Below are positions 8,701 through 17,300 of a DNA stretch of 20,000 nt, piece after piece. Below the pieces are notes generated by a model. That model was not told where the DNA came from and did not search any database. It was given only the letters and a program-made list of their open reading frames with translations. The stretch comes from an uncultured virus (IMG/VR IMGVR_UViG_3300046010_007863) (taxonomy: Duplodnaviria; Heunggongvirae; Uroviricota; Caudoviricetes), in IMG/VR virus record IMGVR_UViG_3300046010_007863; one strand, written 5' to 3'. Within the stretch, counting starts at the first letter, position 1, and each line of letters starts with the position of its first letter. The position numbers were made by a program, and so were the translations under genes.

Positions 8701-11700
8701 TAGTGGTATAGAATCTGCTATAGATAATCCAGATAAACCTACCAATTTTGGTTGGGGGTTTGCAACTGGAGACCCATACCTATTGGGGTATACATCATCC
8801 GTTGCTGTTGAAATGGTAAATGAATGTGGAGATCTTTTCAACTTTAGAACTGGTGAGACTGGGAGTGCTTTTAATTTAGCAGTAGTCGGTGAACATTCGT
8901 GGGCAATCATTGGTAATAGTGGATCATCCGGTCAAATTGGTTATGGTGGTGCTTCATCCGATTGTAGTGGTTCAAGTGGTGAATCTTACATAAAGTGGAA
9001 TGGTAGTACTGTTACTATCAAAAATGCAACATTTGATCCGCCCGTAGGTAGTGGTGGAACGGGTGGAACCGGCGGTTCAAATGGAACATCAGGGACATCG
9101 GGAATATCTGGTACTTCTGGAACATCGGGAATATCAGGAACACACGGTTCATCTGGAAAAAGTGTAGGATGTTCAATGTTCAATTTTACATCACTCCCTT
9201 CAACTGGAGATATGTACACATATGGAACACCCGATGGTACGTTTGATACAAATGTCACATCTATTGATATATCCGATACAGATGTAGACGGAAACAATGT
9301 TAACTCTGAATTAGCATCATTAGAAGTTGGTTCTGTATTTACATTTACTTTAAGTGGTAACACAATAAAATACAAAATAACTTCTATTTTAAGTGGAGGT
9401 GGAATTTACACATTCGGTGTATCATACGTTACAGGAACAACATATTCACCTGCACCAGGTGCAGATATAAAAGTGTGTTATTATGAAGGGAAACCAGGAA
9501 CATCCGGTTCTTCAGGAACTTCAGGTTCATCTGGATCATCCGGTACAAGTGGAACATCAGGTTCAACTGGTTCATCAGGTACATCAGGGACATCAGGTAC
9601 TTCAGGTTCAACTGGTTCATCGGGTTCAACTGGTTCATCTGGATCGTCTGGTACATCATTTTCAGGAACTTCTGGTGAAGCCGGTTCATCAGGAACATCA
9701 GGCACTTCAGGTTCAACTGGTTCATCAGGTTCAACTGGTTCATCAGGTTCAACTGGTTCATCAGGTTCAACTGGAACATCAGGTACATCAGGTACTTCAG
9801 GAACATCAGGTACTTCAGGTTCAACTGGAACATCAGGTACATCAGGTACTTCAGGAACATCAGGTACTTCAGGTTCAACTGGTTCATCGGGTTCATCGGG
9901 TACATCAGGTACTTCAGGAACATCAGGTACTTCAGGAACATCAGGTACTTCAGGTACTTCGGGAACATCAGGCACTTCAGGTTCAACTGGTTCATCAGGG
10001 ACATCTGGTTCAACTGGTTCATCCGGCTCAACTGGTTCATCCGGGACATCTGGTCAAAACGGTTCATCGGGAACATCAGGTACTTCAGGAACATCTGGCT
10101 CATCTGGTACTTCAGGAACATCAGGTTCATCAGGTTCATCAGGAACATCAGGTACATCAGGTACTTCAGGAACATCAGGTACTTCAGGAACATCAGGTAC
10201 TTCGGGAACATCAGGTACGTCTGGTTCATCAGGAACAGGATTCACAACAATCTCAAACCCATCTGATAACCGTATTCTAACATCAGACGGTTCTGTAAAT
10301 TCTGCTGTTGCCGAACCTAACTTATCATTTGACGGGTCATCACTAACAGTAACTGGTTCCGTCGGTGTATCTGGTGATGTAATAGTTCAAGGTATTCTGA
10401 GAGCCCAAGAGTTCCATACAGAATTTGTGTCTGCATCCATCATTTACAGTAGTGGTTCAACCAAGTTTGGCGATACATTAGATGACACACATGATTTTAC
10501 AGGCTCAGTTAGAATAAACAATTCTTTATATGTCTATGGATTTGCATCAATAAGTGGATCACTTAGTGGTTCATTTATTGGAGAATCTACCGGCTCATTT
10601 ACTGGTTCACTTAGAGGAATCTCAAATACAACTGGTTCTTTATCTGGCTCATTTAGAGGAGAAGCAACAGGATCATTTACTGGCTCATTTAGAGGTATAT
10701 CAAATGTAACGGGTTCACTAACTGGTTCATTTATAGGCGAAGGAACCGGTTCATTTACCGGCTCGTTTAGAGGAACTTCATTTACCACTGGTTCACTAAC
10801 CGGATCATTTATAGGTGAATCAACAGGTTCATTTACTGGTTCATTTAGAGGTATCTCAAACACAACAGGTTCTCTAACAGGTTCATTTATTGGAGAAGGA
10901 ACTGGTTCATTTACTGGTTCATTTAGAGGCGTTTCGAATACTACGGGATCTCTAAATGGTTCATTCATTGGCGAAGCCACTGGATCATTCAGTGGCTCAC
11001 TTCGTGGACAATCATTTACTACGGGTTCATTCTCAGGTTCTCTTTTTGGAGTAATAGATAGTATCATTGACAATAATGTCAACAATTACGTAGTAACTGC
11101 AACGGGTGATTCAAAACTAAATGGGGAACAAAATCTTCAGTTTGATTCTACACCAACGAGAAAAGTTCTAAAACTTACAAGTGGTTTTATTGATCTAACA
11201 GATGTTGATTCTTCAAATTTTGCAATTGGTAGTGGTTCACTATCTTCAATTACAACAGGTACTTCTAACCTTAGTATAGGTTCTGCATCACTTCGTTCAA
11301 CGACTGAAGGTTCTTTCAATATAGGCATTGGTATAGAGTCATTACGTTCAAATATAGACGGTAATCAAAATACTGCACTTGGACATTTCTCTCTTATATC
11401 AAATACAGGTGGAGACCAAAATACCGCAATTGGTATAAATTCATTATACAATAATACAACGGGGAATTCAAATACTGCAATCGGTGCATTCTCACAATAT
11501 TCAAATCAAACTGGTCAATATAATGTTTCTCTTGGTAATGAATCGCTTTATCTGAATCAGACTTCAAATAGAAGTATTGCAATTGGTAATTCGGCACTTT
11601 ATTCAAATACAAGAGATGGTAATATTGGTATTGGTTATAGTGTGATGTATAACAATACCACAGGTGAAGGAAATCTTGCAATTGGAACTAGTGCTATGTT

Positions 11701-14272
11701 GGAAAATACAACTGGTTCAAGAAACATTGCAATTGGAAATAAAACGTTGTATAATGCAATTGCATTTGATAACATTGCAATTGGTGCATCTGCATCCTTC
11801 AATAACTTTACTGGTTCTGCAAATATAGCCATTGGTTCATTTGCACTCTTTAGTAATACAGGAAGCCAAAATATAGCTATTGGTTCTGCATCATTATATT
11901 CAAATACGATTGGTAATGGAAATATCGCAATTGGTAGTCTTTCACTGGAAAAGAATACATCGGGTAAAGATAATATTGCCATTGGGTCTGGTTCTTTACG
12001 TAGTAACATAGTTGGTGTAAACAATATTGCAATTGGTAATTTATCACTACAGAATAATACTAGTAACAATAATATTGCCATCGGAACTGGTTCACTACTG
12101 GCAAATACAGTCGGTTCTGAAAATATAGCAATTGGAGTGGAGGCTCTAAGAAAAAGTGTAGACGGTTTCAACAATACAGTTGTAGGGTTCAGAGCGGCAC
12201 TTGATAATATAACAGGTGATGACAACGCAATTTTTGGATATGCTGCTGGATTCAAAATGACATCTGGTCAGAATACAATAATAGGATCAAAGGCAGGTGG
12301 TGCGATTACAACCGGAACTAGAAACATAGTTCTCGGTTATAATGCAGTGAATGGTGATACATTTACAGTAACGGGTGATGATAATATTGTTATGGGTAAC
12401 AATTCTGGTCTGGCAATGAATGCCGCAACTCGTAACATACTAATTGGAAATAATACAGGACAGTCTATTCAATCTGCAGCATATAATGTGATTATAGGAA
12501 CAGATGCTGGAAAGGGACTGTCTTCTGGTGGGGCAAATACTATTATAGGTGATTTAGCCGGACAATCAATTACTGGTCAAAGTAATGTGCTTCTTGGGGC
12601 AAATGCAGACGGAACTCCCACATCGGCAAATACATCAAATAAAGTTGTCATCGGTGCTTCCGCAGGAGGAGGTTATCCGTTAAATAGTGACCAGGTTATT
12701 ATAGGTTATAATTCTGCATATTCACTACAAGGTTTTAGAAATACATTTGTTGGATATAGAACAGGTGAGGATGCGACTTCGGCAGATGACAACGTTCTAC
12801 TTGGGTATCAAGCCGGTCTAAATCTAACACAAGGTGACTCAAACGTAATTATTGGTTCATCTGCCGGAGACGTATTGACAAACGTATCTAACTTGGTTCT
12901 TATCGGTAAAGATTCTGGAGGTGGCTCTCTAACAGGAGCCGATAACGTTTTTATAGGAACAAATACAGGTAAAGTAGCAACCTCTGCTGAAAAGAATGTT
13001 ATAATTGGTGGTGAAGCCGGTGATGCATTGACAACCGCTGATAATTGTGTTATAATTGGTTATTCGGCTGGTGGTGCCGTACTTAGTGGGAATAATAATA
13101 TCTTTGTGGGTAAAGACTCCGGATTACTTTCAACAACTGGTGGGAGTAATGTCTATATTGGAACAGGTGCTGGACAAGATGGAACAACTGCACTTGAAAA
13201 TGTTCTTACAGGACATCTCGCTGGAGAAAATATAACAACGGGTGATTCTAACGTTTTTGTAGGGGCATTTACTGGTGACACCGTAACAACTGGTGATGAT
13301 AACATCTTTATAGGTAGAGGATCTGGAAATCCTGGTAACGGTGTTAATCCTTTAGCCGACTCACAGAACAACATAATTATTGGAACTGAAATAGGAATTT
13401 TTGCTCTTGGTGCGGCCAATGCAACAGCAAACAACAACTTTGTTTTAGGAAATTTCAATACAGATAGATACTACTACTTTGGTGATCTGAATCAACAAAT
13501 AAATGGTTCGGATGAACGAGATAAGATTTCGATAGCAACTTCATCACTTGGATTAGATTTTATCAGAGAAGTACAACCAAAAACATATAGATGGAATAAG
13601 AGATCTAGATATTTGAATGAAGCCGATAATGACCAACGGTTTGCAGATTCTGGCGCATCGTTTGGTATACTAATTCAGGATATAATTGCACTAACAGGTT
13701 CTTATCCACAAATAACTTCATCATTCCAAATCGGAAGTGGTTCATATACCGGTGGTGATTATTATGAATCATACGCAATATCTCTCGCTGGATTTTTATG
13801 GCCAACTGTTCAAGCCGTAAAAGACCTCGATGGTATAACTGCAAAAACAGGTTCAAATGTATTCAATGGAACTCAAATAATTACTGGTTCGATGAGAATA
13901 AGTGGTTCTGCCTCAACAGGTCTTTTTATAAACGGACTCACAACAACATCAGATTCACCAAACAGTTTGACATATAACACAACGACCGGAAGAGTATTTT
14001 ATGAACCAACAAAATTCATAAGCACTTCGTCTATCGGTGACGGATCTACAACAACATTTACGATTGCTCATAATTTGAACTCAAGATATGTTCAGGTAAA
14101 TATTCAAGATTCTGCAACAGGATACATATGGTATCCAAGTGCAGACATGGTATCAAGTCCATCTACTGCATCGTATAAAGTTAATTCAGTTAGTGAACAG
14201 GCAGTTTATTTTGAGTTTCACCCAAGTTACCCACCATCTAATGGACAATATATGGTTATTATTTCTAAGTGA
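5732..14272 (+). CDS. Giant mosaic tail fibre/adhesin-like virion protein (2846 aa)
   Basis: Uninterrupted ORF. It has ~600 aa of unrecognised N-terminus, 7 RCC1 repeats, Gly-X-Y Ser/Thr tracts, 6 x 26-aa repeats, roughly 40 NxAIG/NVxIG repeats, a peptidase S74-like SDERDK domain and a C-terminal FTIAHNLNSRYVQVNI domain. Confidence 0.8.
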   Translation: MLIKKKNKQNLNQLKPQFIDISENSKDFFNITYMPEVFTAGKNIIKFRPYQQRFTAKDPILFEILDFNSEPIYYEILDYRDSDGSTVISVYVYEDTPAGNCLITFFGTVLCDQNLIALPSSDIKSNNFRFSKILYVDKNKRNDSEIIYITPPTISINERKYSIVEQHFSGSRYGFSRGTASYELVGDKRRFIPTVGSFSQSFQNGTINLRTLSNDYTTKVDYSTSSFAYSSSVVYVKSPKELEVKDDVKLYGLSGQQRTISTIQNQLYEVTFSADPISRRLTQNDVSYAVLDISGLEPSTGDISRLKVFAKSKFKPESDYELIYDDEIKIKNRLIDQSSPVVEYAIGKFDATNTYTVNSHAVTYTFNPSVYWEESAINTSSPSKTVSDSILFGGLSLNIVPSNLILSGSSEFILTQTSSLTVPFYKDTDYRVKFDYHVQSHPSESRGPKIDVYAIGDSFVEDTSLGKYVGGIPTGSRAKTIDFDYELKLPINSDGTGRLRFVMRPGCTISNIRIVEDIDFGFTPNRIKLYIPTLQEHRNEYLDFKVQFFNYTLRESNKLSEVYNLFFQGGNYYIYGSNNIITGSVYVSSFSSSGIELYGNTQVRDIRNLYGWGYNTTGELGIGSTTDVDVPIQVSSSKWKTVSYGGDHGIGIRQDGTVWGWGTNTSLATLGHGITNSNVLIPTKLGTGSNWKNIESGYAFSLIQDTSGKLYSWGVNGSGQLGVGDTSDRTTITNLYSPVSNSIWLDFSAGQAHSVAIKDDNTLWAWGTNGDYQLGDGTTTTRLIPTQIGTSSNWSIISAGELHNLAIQTNGTLWGWGKNDAGQLGTGNTASQTIPTQIGTGSDWKKVSAGGYMSLGIKTDGTLWAWGNGYLGNVNATSQSLVPIKIGTGSDWVDVVTSKTRESVGASFSLGIRNTNSDYELWSWGANGAGQLGDGNSPTNNGIPTLIGHDTEYAGDGGGWDVITVGWFSSAGIYSTKTEMSGSVLRSSGFSGIESAIDNPDKPTNFGWGFATGDPYLLGYTSSVAVEMVNECGDLFNFRTGETGSAFNLAVVGEHSWAIIGNSGSSGQIGYGGASSDCSGSSGESYIKWNGSTVTIKNATFDPPVGSGGTGGTGGSNGTSGTSGISGTSGTSGISGTHGSSGKSVGCSMFNFTSLPSTGDMYTYGTPDGTFDTNVTSIDISDTDVDGNNVNSELASLEVGSVFTFTLSGNTIKYKITSILSGGGIYTFGVSYVTGTTYSPAPGADIKVCYYEGKPGTSGSSGTSGSSGSSGTSGTSGSTGSSGTSGTSGTSGSTGSSGSTGSSGSSGTSFSGTSGEAGSSGTSGTSGSTGSSGSTGSSGSTGSSGSTGTSGTSGTSGTSGTSGSTGTSGTSGTSGTSGTSGSTGSSGSSGTSGTSGTSGTSGTSGTSGTSGTSGTSGSTGSSGTSGSTGSSGSTGSSGTSGQNGSSGTSGTSGTSGSSGTSGTSGSSGSSGTSGTSGTSGTSGTSGTSGTSGTSGTSGSSGTGFTTISNPSDNRILTSDGSVNSAVAEPNLSFDGSSLTVTGSVGVSGDVIVQGILRAQEFHTEFVSASIIYSSGSTKFGDTLDDTHDFTGSVRINNSLYVYGFASISGSLSGSFIGESTGSFTGSLRGISNTTGSLSGSFRGEATGSFTGSFRGISNVTGSLTGSFIGEGTGSFTGSFRGTSFTTGSLTGSFIGESTGSFTGSFRGISNTTGSLTGSFIGEGTGSFTGSFRGVSNTTGSLNGSFIGEATGSFSGSLRGQSFTTGSFSGSLFGVIDSIIDNNVNNYVVTATGDSKLNGEQNLQFDSTPTRKVLKLTSGFIDLTDVDSSNFAIGSGSLSSITTGTSNLSIGSASLRSTTEGSFNIGIGIESLRSNIDGNQNTALGHFSLISNTGGDQNTAIGINSLYNNTTGNSNTAIGAFSQYSNQTGQYNVSLGNESLYLNQTSNRSIAIGNSALYSNTRDGNIGIGYSVMYNNTTGEGNLAIGTSAMLENTTGSRNIAIGNKTLYNAIAFDNIAIGASASFNNFTGSANIAIGSFALFSNTGSQNIAIGSASLYSNTIGNGNIAIGSLSLEKNTSGKDNIAIGSGSLRSNIVGVNNIAIGNLSLQNNTSNNNIAIGTGSLLANTVGSENIAIGVEALRKSVDGFNNTVVGFRAALDNITGDDNAIFGYAAGFKMTSGQNTIIGSKAGGAITTGTRNIVLGYNAVNGDTFTVTGDDNIVMGNNSGLAMNAATRNILIGNNTGQSIQSAAYNVIIGTDAGKGLSSGGANTIIGDLAGQSITGQSNVLLGANADGTPTSANTSNKVVIGASAGGGYPLNSDQVIIGYNSAYSLQGFRNTFVGYRTGEDATSADDNVLLGYQAGLNLTQGDSNVIIGSSAGDVLTNVSNLVLIGKDSGGGSLTGADNVFIGTNTGKVATSAEKNVIIGGEAGDALTTADNCVIIGYSAGGAVLSGNNNIFVGKDSGLLSTTGGSNVYIGTGAGQDGTTALENVLTGHLAGENITTGDSNVFVGAFTGDTVTTGDDNIFIGRGSGNPGNGVNPLADSQNNIIIGTEIGIFALGAANATANNNFVLGNFNTDRYYYFGDLNQQINGSDERDKISIATSSLGLDFIREVQPKTYRWNKRSRYLNEADNDQRFADSGASFGILIQDIIALTGSYPQITSSFQIGSGSYTGGDYYESYAISLAGFLWPTVQAVKDLDGITAKTGSNVFNGTQIITGSMRISGSASTGLFINGLTTTSDSPNSLTYNTTTGRVFYEPTKFISTSSIGDGSTTTFTIAHNLNSRYVQVNIQDSATGYIWYPSADMVSSPSTASYKVNSVSEQAVYFEFHPSYPPSNGQYMVIISK
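7556..8653 (+). repeat. Seven RCC1/BLIP-II-type repeats (beta-propeller) within the 2846-aa protein
   Basis: LYGWGYNTTGELG, VWGWGTNTSLATLG, LYSWGVNGSGQLG, LWAWGTNGDYQLG, LWGWGKNDAGQLG, LWAWGNGYLG and LWSWGANGAGQLG, each separated by a P..IG...W..VSAG..H segment. Confidence 0.92.
9497..10240 (+). repeat. Low-complexity Gly-X-Y tract (GTS/GSS/GST), 9-nt period, ~248 aa
   Basis: Units such as ggaacatca, ggttcatca, ggttcaact and ggtacttca put Gly at every third residue, with one register break at TSFSG (~9655-9665). A shorter tract lies at ~9050-9157. Confidence 0.95.
10556..11023 (+). repeat. Six tandem 78-nt (26-aa) repeats, consensus GSLTGSFIGExTGSFTGSFRGISNTT
   Basis: Six gap-free copies counted from the translation; third codon positions have diverged. 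Confidence 0.92.
11216..13452 (+). repeat. Roughly 40 copies of a 16-17-aa NxAIG/NVxIG repeat (predicted beta-helix/solenoid)
   Basis: Examples: NTALGHFSLISNTGGDQ, NTAIGINSLYNNTTGNS and NIAIGSGSLRSNIVGVN, later shifting to NVIIGSSAGDVLTNVS-type units. Confidence 0.85.
13508..13830 (+). other. Peptidase S74-like intramolecular chaperone/autocleavage domain
   Basis: SDERDK (Ser codon 13508, Lys codon 13523), then LGLDFIREVQPKTYRWN, FGILIQDI and LWPTVQAVKDL. This matches the established SDxRxK...L.P..Y.W...G.IAQ....A.KEL layout. Confidence 0.8.
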
Positions 14273-14285
14273 TATTTATGTGTAT
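14272..14285 (+). promoter_or_regulatory. Second copy of the ATATTTAT-RYR-TAT motif, a candidate late promoter
   Basis: ATATTTATGTGTAT here versus ATATTTATACATAT at 5687-5700. Both sit in short intergenic gaps 30-40 nt upstream of a structural gene start. Confidence 0.5.
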
Positions 14286-14311
14286 AACCATTATGAATTG
14301 AGAGAACCATA

Positions 14312-17300
14312 TTGTCATTCTTCGATAGAAACCTAAGCAATCTAAAAATATCTGAGTCATTTTACCGACTCATGCAAACCGACCCTACTGACGATAAAAC
14401 ACTTATCGACGGTACGGGTTCTTTGGTTACTTATTTAGCAGTATCAGGTACAATTGATGCCTTTTACATAAAAGGTGATGGTTCTCAAATTACTGGTATA
14501 TCAGCATCTTTACCACCCGGTGTTGTTTCATCATCTGCACAACTTGGTCTTGCTTCAACAGACTCACCAACGTTTTCAGGTCTAACTGTCCGTGGTACTC
14601 TTACAGCTGAACAGTATGTGATTTCATCATCTGTTCTTTATGTAACTCAGTCTTTTAGCAGTGGTTCTACACTATTTGGTAATTCAGTAGATGATACTCA
14701 CAAGTTTACTGGCTCGGTATTCATACAAGGACCTCTAACGGTAACAGGTGGTATAACAGGAAGTTTGTTCGGAAGTTCCTCGTGGTCAACGTATTCGATT
14801 ACGTCTTCGATTGCAAATACCGCTTCCTATATTGACCCACTATTTATCTCGGCATCTGTTGCTGCTCAAGGATTAGCCGGAACATCTGATTGGAATCAGA
14901 TAACTAACAAACCCGCAAATCTTATTTCAGGTTCAGGTCAACGTTCTATTCTTGGACTTGGTGAGTCTGATTCTCCAACATTTGCAAATGGAAACTTCAA
15001 CGGTAATGTTGTAGTTGGTGGAACTCTTACTGCAAGAACTTACATCATCTCATCATCGGTGGTAGATTACCAAACAATTCAAGTCTCTGGCTCAAGTAAG
15101 TTTGGCGACTCATTAGATGATAGACATCAATTTACAGGTTCGTTACAAGTAACCGGAAGCACAACCTTTTCTGGAATAGATACACTCACATTAACTGGTT
15201 CCGCAAATATATCCGGTTCAACAAATATAACGGGAAGTCTTTCTATTTCAGGCTCTCTTCTGATAAATGGAATACCGATAACGAGTGGTTCAAATGGATC
15301 TTCTGGTACAAGTGGAACATCAGGGTCTTCAGGTACATCTGGCTCGTCAGGTTCATCAGGAACTTCAGGTTCATCCGGTTCATCAGGAACATCTGGTTCA
15401 AGCGGAACGTCGGGTTCATCGGGAAGCTCAGGAACATCTGGCTCGTCAGGTTCATCAGGGTCTTCAGGTACATCGGGAACCTCTGGTTCATCAGGATCTT
15501 CAGGCACATCTGGCTCGTCAGGTTCGTCAGGAACATCAGGTTCGTCGGGGTCTTCGGGAACATCAGGTTCGTCGGGGTCTTCGGGAACATCAGGTTCGTC
15601 CGGTACTGGGTTCAATACTATATCAAATGCAGCCGATAATAGAATCATAACATCCGATGGAACTTCAAACTCTGCAAATGCCGAGTCAAATCTAACTTTT
15701 GATGGAAGTACACTTACCGTCACTGGTAACACGGTGGTGACTGGTAGACTTACTGCACAAGAATTCTACACAGAGTTTGTATCTGCGTCTATAATCTACG
15801 AAAGTGGTTCAACAAAGTTTGGTGACACTCTTGACGATATACATCAATTTACAGGAAGTGTGAATATAACAGGTTCACTTTCTGTAAATGGTGTATCAAT
15901 TACATCAGGTGGTGGTATAACTAATACTGGTTCATTTGCAACAACTGGTTCAAATCAGTTCAATGGAAATCAAAGTATATCCGGTTCACTAACTGTATCA
16001 CAGTCCATAAATGCTTATAATGTAAATGCAGGGACACCAACTTCAAATGCGTGGCAAGCTAATTTACAAGGTTCGTATTTCAATAACTTTACATCACAAA
16101 CAGATGTATCTGAAATCTTGAGATTTATAGCTGGATTACTTTCAGGTTCTGCACCAGATGCCTCACCAAATACGAAAACATTTAGCTCTGTTACTGCGAC
16201 TGCCGTTAATACTGGAACTGCTGCTGTAACAGTTGGTCGTGTTCCATTATCATCTTCAAATTCAACTATTCTTTATCTAAACAGTAAAGGATTTGCACAA
16301 ACAGGAAGTGCTATTTTTAGTGGTTTGACGATTTATACTCAATCAAACTATGGATTCCACTACACGAGTGTTGCCGGTGGTTCAACTACTGTTTCTTCAT
16401 CGGTGGATGCTCAACTGTTTGGTCTTGGTTCTCTTTTGAGTGGAAATCCAACATCATTTAGTGTGTCAGGTTCATATACATTCAGATTCAAAGATAATAG
16501 TGCAAAGACAGATACCGCAACTTCATCTTCACAGATGGTGGTGTCACAAAGTGGTGCAGGAACAACAAACGGTGTAACACTTGCAAAGATAAACACAGTA
16601 AATCCGGCTGTTATTCCACCAGCATATCAAGACGGTAAGTTTGTAAACGTAATGACCCAATCTATTTACAACGGTGGTATTTCATCAACAAATGTAAGTG
16701 CTAGTGGTTATTATCACGTATCTGCTTCTATTTTGATTGCAAGTGGTTCAAGTCCTTACACAACACCTGTAACCGCAAACGGTTCTGAAATATTCTATGC
16801 ACCGTTGACAACTATATCATCCAGTGTAGGCGGAAACACCATAACATTTTCAGGTGTTTCATCTGGTTCATTGACTGCAACATCACGTTCGTTGAGTGGA
16901 GCTCCTTATTTATCAGGTTCAACTTACTTTATTTCTGCTTCTGTGAATGGAATATTCAATCCACTTTATGTTGCAAGTACAGTTGCAAGTATAACCGAAG
17001 ATTCAGCACTTGTATCACATACATCAGGTGTTGTTACATCTGTATTATCGGCAGGAACACCATCAACAATATCAACTGCAAATTCTGTTTTTGATTCAAC
17101 AGGAACCACTGCTCGTGCAACATCAACAATACCATTTGAAACAGATATTGTAAAAATGCAAGGAGTTTATACATTTTCACCGACTGCAACTGATGAGAAT
17201 ATAAATCAAACTGGTTTGGGAACAACATCATATACATTTACAATTACTGGAAATAATAAGACTGGTTCATCAACTTCTACAACAGCTGGTATGTTATTCC

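Noticed and set aside
9497..10240. Possible CRISPR array or non-coding satellite
   Set aside because: There are no unique spacers, and variation is concentrated at third codon positions within an open frame, so this is a coding repeat.
9429..10280. Alternative-frame and minus-strand ORFs with PDVPEV, MFLKYL or VHQVLQ repeats (also at 15127-15732 and 18818-19997)
   Set aside because: These are shadow frames of the 9-nt Gly-X-Y repeats, which lack stop codons in several frames. They begin and end with the repeat and have no independent signals.
10534..13458. Minus-strand ORFs opposite the 26-aa and NxAIG repeats
   Set aside because: They are antisense shadows of a strongly supported + strand gene and show no recognisable motifs.
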